A stretch of DNA of 23,559 nt from Myxococcota bacterium. GTDB taxonomy: Bacteria; Myxococcota_A; Polyangia; Polyangiales; Sandaracinaceae. The notes under the pieces are model-generated. The model was not told the origin of the DNA, did not search any database, and saw only the letters and a program-made list of their open reading frames with translations. The stretch's first letter is position 1. Every line of letters begins with the position of its first letter. The translations under genes and the position numbers were made by a program. The stretch covers positions 1 through 23,559 of the forward strand of contig JAYZQJ010000013.1 of NCBI GenBank assembly GCA_036149055.1, read 5' to 3'. Of this stretch, positions 1 through 8,176 are shown in pieces.

Positions 1-37
1 AAGCGCCAATGGGGCCCCCCTCCCGACTCCGCCGGCG

Positions 38-293
38 CGTCGCGCTTCGCGCTCGCGCCGCGACCCCAGCGACGGGGCGCTGGGGGCCCTGCGGCTCACG
101 CTCGCGCTTCGCGCTCGCTGGCCGCCCGCTGCCGCGGGATCGAACGACTCGAGTGGCGCGTGCGGCGACCTCGCTGCGCTCGTCGCCTGCCGTCGCGCTT
201 CGCGCTCGCGCCGCCACCCCGCTCGCGCTGCGCGCTCGCTGGCCGCCCGCTGCCGGGATCGAACGACTCGAGTGGAGCGCGTGCGGCGACCTC
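38..293. repeat. Intergenic REP-like repeat cluster (two imperfect tandem units with GCGCTTCGCGC mini-palindromes)
   Basis: The 24-nt block cgtcgcgcttcgcgctcgcgccgc is identical at 38-61 and 191-214. A 74-nt block (cgctcgcgct..gatcgaacgactcgagtgg..gcggcgacctc) is near-identical at 99-172 and 220-293. It lies downstream of the stop of the minus-strand gene at 320. Confidence 0.85.
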
Positions 294-319
294 TCCCCAC
301 GCCCCCCGCTGCGGCGGCG

Positions 320-934
320 TCAGCCCTCGAGGAGGTCGATGTCGCCTCGGAGCTCTTCCATGCACTGGGTGACCTGCTCGACGCGCTCCTCGCTCAGCTC
401 CTCGACCTCGCTGACCAGGGCCTCGAGCCGCCGGGTGTTGGCCCGGACCCGGTTGAGCAGGTCGATGCGCTGCTGGCCCTCGTCCTTCGGCTGGAGGACC
501 GGGTTGAAGCGGCGGCGCAGCGACGGGGTGCTGACCTGGTCCTCGAAGATCGCCTGCTTGAGCTCCTCGACCACGTCGGGCTCGGGCGGCGGGGGCGGCT
601 CGTCGCCCTCCTTGCGAGGCTTCGGGTCGACCGCCTTCGCGAAGTAGTCGACCGCCTCCATGTCCGGCACCTGCTGGGCCACGCCGTCCCACTGCAGCAC
701 GTGCGGCACGTGGGTCTCGAGGGCGTGGTAGCTCCCGGTGAGCTTGTCCACGGTGGAGCGCTTGATGTTGAGCTCCTCGAGGGCGAAGCCGTGCAGGGTC
801 TCGTAGCCCCAGCGCTCGTAGAGGCGCCGCTTGCGCACCTCGACCAGGGCCTCCGCCATGTCGACCCACGAGCGCTTGAACACGCGCGCGTGGGACAGGA
901 TCTTCATCCGATACGCTTCATCGCCGGCAGCCAT
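320..934 (-). CDS. Hypothetical protein, 204 aa, helical N-terminal domain plus C-terminal coiled coil
   Basis: Natural-looking composition and GC3-biased codons from ATG 934 (MAAGDEAYRMK...). The segment SWVDMAEALVEVRKRRLYERWGYETLHGFALEELNIKRSTVDKL is followed by a Pro-rich linker and an acidic heptad tail. The ORF-track extension to 1117 overlaps the divergent gene and looks non-coding. Confidence 0.8.
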   Translation of the reverse strand: MAAGDEAYRMKILSHARVFKRSWVDMAEALVEVRKRRLYERWGYETLHGFALEELNIKRSTVDKLTGSYHALETHVPHVLQWDGVAQQVPDMEAVDYFAKAVDPKPRKEGDEPPPPPEPDVVEELKQAIFEDQVSTPSLRRRFNPVLQPKDEGQQRIDLLNRVRANTRRLEALVSEVEELSEERVEQVTQCMEELRGDIDLLEG

Positions 935-1013
935 CGGCGGACGGTCGTACCACACGCGGACCGCGCGCGAAAATGGGGTGACGCCGTGAAGGCTGCGTGT
1001 GATGCTTCGGCGC

Positions 1014-1304
1014 ATGAAGTACATCATGACGTGTTCCCTCCTCGCCCTCCTCGCGGCCGGCAGCGGCTGCGCCACCAGCTTCCGCGGCGACGCCCACATC
1101 AGCGCCGCCGACTGCAACGCGAACTGCCGCGAGATGGGCGGTGAGATGAGCGCCTACGTGTTCATGGGGCAGTACTCCACCGCGTGCGTCTGCACGCCGC
1201 CGGGCCGCTCCGGGCAGATGGCGGGCGCGGCGGGCGGCCAGGCCGGCGCGGTGGCCGGCGTCTGGATGCAGATGCAGGAGGCCGAGCGCCAGCGCCAGCG
1301 TTGA
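1014..1304 (+). CDS. Small Cys-rich lipoprotein, 96 aa
   Basis: MKYIMTCSLLALLAAGSG-C signal peptide and lipobox; mature part has CNANC and CVC motifs; fills the gap before guaB1. Confidence 0.75.
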   Translation: MKYIMTCSLLALLAAGSGCATSFRGDAHISAADCNANCREMGGEMSAYVFMGQYSTACVCTPPGRSGQMAGAAGGQAGAVAGVWMQMQEAERQRQR

Positions 1305-1343
1305 GCGATTCCCAGCGGGTCCCGGCCGGGCTACAAGCAGGGC

Positions 1344-2792
1344 ATGCGCTTCCTGCACCCGGAACGGGACGAGCTGCTCGAGCTCGCGCTCGAGGACGTC
1401 TTCCTCCTGCCGGACCGCTTCGAGGGCGGCTCGCGGCTGGACACCGATCTGACGCCCGCGGACTTCCCGGGCGGCAGCCACCCGGTCGTCAGCGCGAACA
1501 TGAACGCGGTGACCGGCAAGCGCATGGCCGAGACGATGGCCCGCTTCGGCGGGCTCGGCGTCCTGCCGCAGGACATGAGCCTCGACACCGTCGAGCGCAT
1601 CGTCGCCCACATCAAGGGGGCCGATCCGCGCTATGACACCGCGCTCTACGTGGCGCCCGAGGCGACCCTCCGGGACGTCGAGGGCATCATGCGCAAGCGG
1701 GCCCACTCGATGGTGGTGGTGGTCGATCCGGACCGCCGCCCGGTCGGGCTCGTCACCCCGGCCGACCTGCGCGACCGCGACCAGTACACCGCCGTCGCCC
1801 AGCTCATGCAGCGCGAGGTGGTCACCGTCGGCGTGGGCGCGACGAACCGCGAGGCCTTCTTCGTGATGGAGAAGGAGCGCGTGAAGGCGGTGCCGGTCAT
1901 CGACGGGGACGGAGTCCTCGCGGGCGTGCTCACCAAGGACGACGCGGTCCGGCTCGAGCTCTTCGAGGCCAGCGTCAACGACGCCGGGCACCTGATGGTC
2001 GCGGCCGCGGTGGGCATCTCGGAGGGGGCGGTGGACCGGGCGTCGCTCCTCCTCGACATGGGCGTGGACGTGCTCGTGCTCGACACCGCGCACGGGCACC
2101 AGCGGCGCATGCTCGAGGTGGTCTCCCAGGTCTCCGCGGTGGCGAAGGGCCGGGCGCCGATCGTGGCCGGCAACGTCTGCACCGCGGCGGGCACGCGCGA
2201 CCTCATCGAGGCCGGCGCGGACGTGGTGAAGGTAAACGTCGGCCCGGGCGCGATGTGCACCACCCGCATGCAGACCGGGGTCGGCCGCCCGACCTTCAGC
2301 TCGGTGCGCGCCTGCGCGGCCGAGGCGGCGAAGCACGGCAAGCACGTGTGGGCGGACGGCGGCGTGCGGCATCCCCGGGACGTGGCCCTCTACTCGGCCG
2401 CGGGCGCGGCGCGGGTGATGATCGGCACGATGCTCGCGGGCACCTTCGAGAGCCCCGGTGACGTCAAGACCGACGCCGAGGGGCGCATCTACAAGCGCAA
2501 CTACGGCATGGCGAGCGCGCGCGCGGTGGCCGAGCGGACGAGCGGGCTCGACACCTTCGAGCGCGCGAAGAAGGGCTTCTTCCGCGAGGGCATCAGCACC
2601 TCGCGCATCTACATCCAGCCGGGCCGCGAGAGCGTCGGCGCGATCCTCGTCGACATGATCACCGGGCTCCAGTCCGCGCTCACCTACGTCGGCGCCCGCG
2701 ACCTGGCGTCCTTCCACGAGCGCGCGGTCGTGGGCGTGCAGACGCCGAGCGGCTACGGCGAGGGCACCCCGCACGGCAAGGTCGTGCAGTGA
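1344..2792 (+). CDS. guaB1: GuaB1-family IMPDH/GMPR protein with CBS pair (probable GMP reductase)
   Basis: Motifs SANMNAV, DTAHGH, AGNV, KVNVGPGAMCTTR (catalytic Cys), WADGGVRHPRDVAL, VMIG, YGMAS, plus tandem CBS domains. PGAMCTTR and HVWADGGVRHPRD are the GuaB1 flavour. Confidence 0.9.
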   Translation: MRFLHPERDELLELALEDVFLLPDRFEGGSRLDTDLTPADFPGGSHPVVSANMNAVTGKRMAETMARFGGLGVLPQDMSLDTVERIVAHIKGADPRYDTALYVAPEATLRDVEGIMRKRAHSMVVVVDPDRRPVGLVTPADLRDRDQYTAVAQLMQREVVTVGVGATNREAFFVMEKERVKAVPVIDGDGVLAGVLTKDDAVRLELFEASVNDAGHLMVAAAVGISEGAVDRASLLLDMGVDVLVLDTAHGHQRRMLEVVSQVSAVAKGRAPIVAGNVCTAAGTRDLIEAGADVVKVNVGPGAMCTTRMQTGVGRPTFSSVRACAAEAAKHGKHVWADGGVRHPRDVALYSAAGAARVMIGTMLAGTFESPGDVKTDAEGRIYKRNYGMASARAVAERTSGLDTFERAKKGFFREGISTSRIYIQPGRESVGAILVDMITGLQSALTYVGARDLASFHERAVVGVQTPSGYGEGTPHGKVVQ

Positions 2793-2901
2793 CCGGGCGG
2801 CCGGCGCGTCGCGACAAGCCCGGCGCGGCCTGATACCGTGCGCGGGCGGGGGCAGCGCGGGCGGAGGGTCGCCCGGTCCGCCCCCTGACGGGGAGCCACG
2901 G

Positions 2902-3378
2902 ATGTCGGTCGCCAGGATTCCATTCACGACCGAGGAAGAGTCGATGATCTCCACCCTCAACGGGTGGATGCTCTTCCTCGCCATCGTGCACTTCATCGGA
3001 GCGGCGTTCTTCCTGCTCTGCGGGTGCTTCGCGATGCTCCCGGCGTTCGCGGTCATCGGCAACAACCCGCTCGGCGGCGTGGCGTACACGCTGCAGATGT
3101 TCACGCTGCCGATCCTCGGCGCGCTGATGCTCGCCGAGGGCGTCTTCGCCCTGCAGGCCCGCGGCGCGCTCGACGCGATGATCTCGAGCGACAGCGCCGA
3201 CCAGCAGCACCTCTCCACCGCGTTCGCCAAGCTCAAGCTGTTCTTCATGCTGGAGCTGGGCTGGTTCGCGGTCTCCGCGATCGGCGGGGTGTTCGGGCTG
3301 CTCGTCAGCGTGTTCGCGCCCGAGATGGCGGGGCAGACCCCCGGCTTCGATCCCAGCCAGTTCGGAGGTGCGCCGTGA
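2902..3378 (+). CDS. DUF5362-like membrane protein (about 3 TM), paralog A
   Basis: ATG with upstream GGGAG. Three hydrophobic segments; motifs 'L.GWM.FLAIV' and 'D.AD..HL..AF.KLK.FF'. Confidence 0.8.
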   Translation: MSVARIPFTTEEESMISTLNGWMLFLAIVHFIGAAFFLLCGCFAMLPAFAVIGNNPLGGVAYTLQMFTLPILGALMLAEGVFALQARGALDAMISSDSADQQHLSTAFAKLKLFFMLELGWFAVSAIGGVFGLLVSVFAPEMAGQTPGFDPSQFGGAP

Positions 3379-3965
3379 GCTTCGGTCAGAGCGGAGGCGG
3401 TGGTTTCGGTCAGCCCCCGAGCGGCGGCGGCGGCTTCGGTCAGCCCCCGAGCGGCGGCGGCGGCTTCGGTCAGCCCCCGAGCGGCGGCGGCGGCTTCGGT
3501 CAGCCCCCGAGCGGCGGCGGCGGTCCTCCCGGCGGAGGCGGCGGCCTCGGCCACATCCCGTTCACGCCCGAGGACGACGCCAACCTGACGGGCATGGCGC
3601 GCTTCGCCCGCTTCGCGGCGGTGGCCGCGATCGTCGCAGGCGTCTTCCAGCTCCTGACCCAGCTGGTGGCCGCGCTGATGACGGACTCGCCGGCCGCGGG
3701 CTTCGCCGGACAGCTCTGCTTCGGCGCGATCGGCCTCGGGGTCACCGGGCTGCTGGCCTTCTTCCTGTTCCAGGTGGGCAAGGCGGTCGACCTCGTGGTG
3801 ACCACCGACGGCGCCGACCAGATGCACCTGGTGGAGTCGCTGCGGGCCCTCAAGGGCTACTTCATGGTGAAGGGGATCCTCTACATCCTCGCCTTCTTCC
3901 TGTTCTGCACCTGCTTCGCCATGGCGATGATGTTCGGCATGGCCGCCTTCAGCGCGCTGCGCTGA
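3375..3965 (+). CDS. DUF5362-like membrane protein (about 3 TM) with Gly/Pro-rich N-terminal repeat, paralog B
   Basis: GTG at 3375 overlaps the upstream TGA (GTGA), with GGAGG at 3364-3368. It aligns by eye with paralog A (IPFTPEDDANL vs IPFTTEEESMI; TDGADQMHL vs SDSADQQHL). Confidence 0.8.
   Translation: MSFGQSGGGGFGQPPSGGGGFGQPPSGGGGFGQPPSGGGGFGQPPSGGGGPPGGGGGLGHIPFTPEDDANLTGMARFARFAAVAAIVAGVFQLLTQLVAALMTDSPAAGFAGQLCFGAIGLGVTGLLAFFLFQVGKAVDLVVTTDGADQMHLVESLRALKGYFMVKGILYILAFFLFCTCFAMAMMFGMAAFSALR
3405..3524 (+). repeat. In-frame 30-bp tandem repeat x4 encoding FGQPPSGGGG
   Basis: Unit ttcggtcagcccccgagcggcggcggcggc at 3405, 3435, 3465 and 3495 (last base of copy 4 differs), plus a degenerate copy at 3381. 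Confidence 0.97.
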
Positions 3966-4031
3966 TCTCCCGATCGCGAACCGTGAGATCGCCACTGGCG
4001 CGCCGGCCCGGGCTGCCCCAGGTAGGCGGAC

Positions 4032-4550
4032 ATGTCTCACGACGCCGCCCTCTTCGACACCGTCACCCAGCTCGCCAAGCAGCTCCGCAACCTCGACGCC
4101 TGGATCGCGAAGGCGGTCGAGCACGCGGTCGCCAAGGAGTTCGATCCCGCGAACTACCTGGAGCTGCGCCTGGCGCCCGACATGTTCACCTTCCGTCGCC
4201 AGGTGCAGTCCGCCTGCGACTCGGCGAAGTTCGTCCCCGCCCGGCTGACCGGCCGCGACGCGCCCAAGCACGAGGACGGCCCGCAGAGCCTCGACGAGCT
4301 CCGCGCCCGGATCGCGGACGTCATCGCCTACCTCGAGGGCTTCGAGGCGAAGGACTTCGACGGAGCCGCCGAGCGCGCGATCGCGATGCCGTTCCTCGGC
4401 GACAAGAAGATCCTGGGCAAGGACTACCTCACCGAGTTCGCGCTCCCGAACCACACGTTCCACCTGACGCTGGCCTACGCCATCCTGCGGCACGCCGGCG
4501 TGGCCCTCGGCAAGCGCGACTTCATCGGCGGCCTCCGCCTGATCGACTGA
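4032..4550 (+). CDS. DUF1993 family protein (DinB-like fold)
   Basis: Signature RLAPDMF....QVQSACD.AK...ARL and YL.EFALPN..FHLT.AYAILRH.GV.LGK.DF. Confidence 0.9.
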   Translation: MSHDAALFDTVTQLAKQLRNLDAWIAKAVEHAVAKEFDPANYLELRLAPDMFTFRRQVQSACDSAKFVPARLTGRDAPKHEDGPQSLDELRARIADVIAYLEGFEAKDFDGAAERAIAMPFLGDKKILGKDYLTEFALPNHTFHLTLAYAILRHAGVALGKRDFIGGLRLID

Positions 4551-5191
4551 TGGCCCGCTTCGACGCCATCCTCTTCGACCTCGACGGCACGCTGCTCGAC
4601 TCGATCGGGCTGATCCTCGAGAGCTACCGCCACACGCTCGAGGCGCACGGCCTTCCCGCGCGCACCGACGAGGACGTGCTCTCCGGGCTCGGCACCCCGC
4701 TCGAGGCGCAGTTCCGGCGCTGGGTCGGCGACGACGGACCGGTCGCGGCGCTCGTCGAGACCTACATCGCCCACAACCTCGAGGTGCACGACCGCTTCGT
4801 GAAGCCCTACCCGGGGGTCACGGAGCTGGTGCGGCGGCTCGACGGGACGCCCCTCGCGGTCGTGACGAGCAAGCGCCGCCGCGGCACCGAGATGGGGCTG
4901 CGCGCGCTCGGGCTCGAGGACGCGTTCGCGGTGCTCGTCTGCGCCGACGACGTCGAGCGACCCAAGCCTCACCCCGAGCCGGTGCACCGGGCGCTCCGCT
5001 TCCTCGGCGCCGACCCGGCGCGCACCGTCTTCGTCGGCGACGCGGTGCACGACGTCGAGTCCGGCAAGGCGGCCGGGGTGCGCACCGCGGCGGTGACCTG
5101 GGGCGCCGGAGCTCGCGAGGCCCTCGCGCGCTCGGCGCCGGACACGGTGAGCGACGACGCGGCCGAGCTCGCCCGCTACCTGATCGGCTGA
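4550..5191 (+). CDS. HAD-superfamily hydrolase (PpaX/phosphoglycolate phosphatase-like)
   Basis: ATG overlaps the upstream stop (TGATG). Motif I FDLDGTLLDS, II VVTSK, III KPHPEP, IV FVGDAVHD. Confidence 0.92.
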   Translation: MARFDAILFDLDGTLLDSIGLILESYRHTLEAHGLPARTDEDVLSGLGTPLEAQFRRWVGDDGPVAALVETYIAHNLEVHDRFVKPYPGVTELVRRLDGTPLAVVTSKRRRGTEMGLRALGLEDAFAVLVCADDVERPKPHPEPVHRALRFLGADPARTVFVGDAVHDVESGKAAGVRTAAVTWGAGAREALARSAPDTVSDDAAELARYLIG

Positions 5192-5238
5192 CCGTCCGCC
5201 GCGCCAGTCGCTCGTCGAGATCGGGTATCGTCGGGCGG

Positions 5239-5751
5239 GTGACGCGCTCGATCCTCTCGCTCGCCCTGCTCCTCACCCTCGGCTGCGGAGGCGCCCAGGC
5301 GGCGCCCACCCGGGCCGGCGAGTACGCGGGGCCCAACCAGCTGGAGTTCCTCGTGACCGCGCCGGTGCAGCGTCAGATGCCGCCGGAGCGGCACAACGGC
5401 GTGGCCCGGGTGACCGGCGACGACGGACAGGTGGTGACGCTCGAGCTCGAGATGTTCGAGGGCGGCGACACCTGCGCCGTGACCGCGACCCGCGCGGCGC
5501 CGTCGGGGGAGCGCGAGACGCTGACGGTGAACGCCGGGCACGAGTGCTCGTCGCGCTTCGCCTACGAGGGCAGCCCGGTCGCGGCGACGGTCCTGATCGA
5601 GCAGGGCACGGTGCGCTTCGGCCCGGGCACGCTCGAGGTGGAGCTGTCGGGCGAGTTCGTCGCCGAGGTGGCGTCGGCGAGCGGGACGTCGGAGGTCGAG
5701 GGCATCGCGCGCTGGCAGCTGGACGCGCGCAGGCGAGGGGGGACGCGATGA
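5239..5751 (+). CDS. Hypothetical lipoprotein, 170 aa, beta-rich
   Basis: MTRSILSLALLLTLG-C lipobox; alternating beta-strand pattern with one Cys pair; stop overlaps the next start (ATGA). Confidence 0.75.
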   Translation: MTRSILSLALLLTLGCGGAQAAPTRAGEYAGPNQLEFLVTAPVQRQMPPERHNGVARVTGDDGQVVTLELEMFEGGDTCAVTATRAAPSGERETLTVNAGHECSSRFAYEGSPVAATVLIEQGTVRFGPGTLEVELSGEFVAEVASASGTSEVEGIARWQLDARRRGGTR

Positions 5752-8078
5752 GGGGGATGACGACGCTGCGGCTCGCGGCCGCGCTCGCGCTGATGGGCTG
5801 CGGCGGCCCGGCGCCGGAGCCGGAGGCGCCGCCGATCGAGCGGGTCGAGGAGTCGGGCGGCATGAGCGCGCTCGGGGACGGCGCCGAGGCGCCGGCGCTC
5901 CCGCAGCGACGCATCGGGCACGCCGAAGACCACCCCGACGTGTCGCACCTGCTCGCGACCCGGAGCGCGGCGGCGCCGCCCGCCGACACCCACGAGCTCT
6001 ACCAGCGCCTCGCGCCGTCCACCGTCATCGTGCGCTCGCAGCACTCGATGGGCACCGGGGTCGTCGTCGGGCCGGGCGGGCTGATCCTCACCAACAACCA
6101 CGTGATCGACGGCGCCGCGCTCGAGGACTTCCGGATGCGGGTGACGGTCGAGTACGGCCAGATCGGCGACACCGGCTCGATGGTGCCCGACGGGCGGCAG
6201 CGCACCGCCTACATCCTCAAGCGCGATCCCAACCGCGACCTCGCGATCCTCCGCGTCGAGGAGCCCGAGGCCGACGCGCCGGTGGTGGCCCTCGCGGCCG
6301 AGGACCCGACCCCGGGCGATCACGTGACCACCGTCGGCCACGGCAACGTGGGCATGGTGTGGGCGGTGCGCGGCTGCGAGGTCGAGGCGACCGGGCGCAT
6401 GGAGGAGACCTACGCGCGCCTCGCGGCGATCTGCGGCAGCGAGGAGCAGCTCAGCCAGATGATGTGCCGGCAGCTCCGCGAGCGGATGCACTCGCAGATG
6501 GCCGGGGTGGTGATCCAGTCGAGCTGCGTGCTCGCGCCCGGCGACTCGGGCGGCCCGCTCGTCAACCCGCAGGGGCTGCTCGTCGGCCTCAACGTCATGA
6601 CGGTGCGCAACGAGCGCGGGCAGTGGTCGAACTTCCACATCCACGGGCGTGAGCTGCGCGACTTCCTGTCCTCGGTGCCCGAGGCGCCGCAGGTGCAGCT
6701 GCCGACGCCCTGGCTCGCGAGCCCGGTGGCGTCCGCGGTGCGCGACGAGGACCTCGACGGCGAGTGGGACACGATCATGCTCATGGGCTCGGGCCGCGAG
6801 CGGATCCGTCTCCACGACCTCGACCAGGACAGCGCCCCCTTCTCGTTGAGCGACGTCGGGGCGGTGATCGCCGAGCGCCGCTTCGACGCGGAGATGGCGA
6901 TCGTCTCGCGCAACGACGAGAGCTTCGTCTGGTACGACAGCGACGGGGACGGGGACCTGGAGCTGCTCCTCACCCTCGACGCCCGTCATCGGGTCACCGC
7001 CGCCCACCGGGTCGACGGGGAGGCGATCGCGAGCGTCCCGGTGCCGGGCGGCGAGGCGATCTCCGCCGCCCGCGTCCCTCCCGCCGGCCGCGAGCGCTTC
7101 GAGCGGCTCTTCGGCGAGTCGCACCGCGGCGATCAGCCGTCGCCGCTCCCGGCCTTGCTGCGCGAGGCGCGCCCGGTCGACAGCGACGGCGACGGCGCGG
7201 TCGACGCGCTGCAGGGCGACCGGGTGTTCGTGCATGTCCTGACCTTCGACGTGGACCAGGACTCCACCGCGGGGCTGGCGCCCGACGGCGTCGAGGCCTT
7301 CGTGCGCGACGGCCGCCTCGACGCGGAGGTCAGCCTCGTGCGCCGCGGGCCGCTGCTCTGGGGCTTCTACGATCGCGACGGGGACGGCCGCATGGACACC
7401 GGCCTCCGCACCGCGCCGGTCACCCCGGTCGTCGCCGACGTGGCCCCGGTGGCGGGCGTCGAGCCCACGCTCACCCGCGAGCAGGTCCTCGGCACCATCA
7501 TCATCCGCGCCGACTGGGTGGGCGAGCGCGAGCGCGCCTTCGACCGGATGCTGCACCGCCACGTCGGCGCCATCTGGATGGTCGACTCGAACGACCACGG
7601 CGGGTTGCCCGATCCCCTCCGTCACCACGACCACCCGCGGGTGCGCGCGAGCTACACCGAGCGCGGCTGGGAGAACGCCGTCCTGTCGATCGAGAGCGAG
7701 GGCTTCAGCACCACCGCGATCGACGTCGACCGGGACAGCTTCCGCGGCCGTGGCCGCGCGCACGCCGCCGACCTCGCCGCCGCGGTGCAGGGCGGCCACT
7801 TCAGCGCGGAGCTCGCCGTCGCCTCGATGCGCAACGCGACCTGGGCCTGGTACGACACCGACCTCGACGGCACCTGGGACCTCGTGCTCGTCCGGGTCGA
7901 CGACATGGACGGCCCCCGGACCAACGCCTTCCGCCGAGGCGAAGACGGCGCCTTCGCCCCCGACCCGGCCCTCGCCTCCGGCCGCCTCGTGCGCCCCTCG
8001 CTCTTCCCCCGCCGCCACCGCCGCCGCCTCCAGCAGGCCGCCGCCGCCATCTTCGCCGCGTCCGAGATCGAGGACTAG
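5748..8078 (+). CDS. Lipoprotein trypsin-like (S1) serine protease with C-terminal DxDxDG repeat region, 776 aa
   Basis: ATG 5748 (alternative 5757); lipobox ALMG-C; triad ILTNNHV, RDLAIL, PGDSGGPL; no PDZ; many DxDxDG motifs downstream. Confidence 0.88.
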   Translation: MRGMTTLRLAAALALMGCGGPAPEPEAPPIERVEESGGMSALGDGAEAPALPQRRIGHAEDHPDVSHLLATRSAAAPPADTHELYQRLAPSTVIVRSQHSMGTGVVVGPGGLILTNNHVIDGAALEDFRMRVTVEYGQIGDTGSMVPDGRQRTAYILKRDPNRDLAILRVEEPEADAPVVALAAEDPTPGDHVTTVGHGNVGMVWAVRGCEVEATGRMEETYARLAAICGSEEQLSQMMCRQLRERMHSQMAGVVIQSSCVLAPGDSGGPLVNPQGLLVGLNVMTVRNERGQWSNFHIHGRELRDFLSSVPEAPQVQLPTPWLASPVASAVRDEDLDGEWDTIMLMGSGRERIRLHDLDQDSAPFSLSDVGAVIAERRFDAEMAIVSRNDESFVWYDSDGDGDLELLLTLDARHRVTAAHRVDGEAIASVPVPGGEAISAARVPPAGRERFERLFGESHRGDQPSPLPALLREARPVDSDGDGAVDALQGDRVFVHVLTFDVDQDSTAGLAPDGVEAFVRDGRLDAEVSLVRRGPLLWGFYDRDGDGRMDTGLRTAPVTPVVADVAPVAGVEPTLTREQVLGTIIIRADWVGERERAFDRMLHRHVGAIWMVDSNDHGGLPDPLRHHDHPRVRASYTERGWENAVLSIESEGFSTTAIDVDRDSFRGRGRAHAADLAAAVQGGHFSAELAVASMRNATWAWYDTDLDGTWDLVLVRVDDMDGPRTNAFRRGEDGAFAPDPALASGRLVRPSLFPRRHRRRLQQAAAAIFAASEIED

Positions 8079-8090
8079 GGGACAGGGCTA

Positions 8091-8161
8091 GGGGACGGAG
8101 TTAACTTGTGAACTTACGTAGGTCGAACGCCTACACAAGTTCACAAGTTCACTCCGTCCCC
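8091..8161. repeat. Long inverted repeat/hairpin between convergent genes (REP/MITE-like or bidirectional terminator)
   Basis: Arms 8091-8115 (ggggacggagttaacttgtgaactt) and 8137-8161 (aagttcacaagttcactccgtcccc) are complementary at 24 of 25 positions, with an inner gtagg/cctac stem. Confidence 0.85.
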
Positions 8162-8176
8162 CCCCTGCGGAGGAGC

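Noticed and set aside
2793..2901. Purine riboswitch or terminator near guaB1
   Set aside because: Only generic GC pairing with no U-tract, and the 39-bp upstream gap is too short for a purine riboswitch.
3405..3524. 30-bp repeats as CRISPR or iterons
   Set aside because: There are no spacers, and the repeats are in frame within a CDS.
918..4493. 1191-aa minus-strand ORF, and similar long ORFs 5562-8018, 12780-16877, 16487-18679
   Set aside because: These are antisense shadows of well-supported plus-strand genes. Stop codons are scarce in high-GC DNA and the translations have no motifs.
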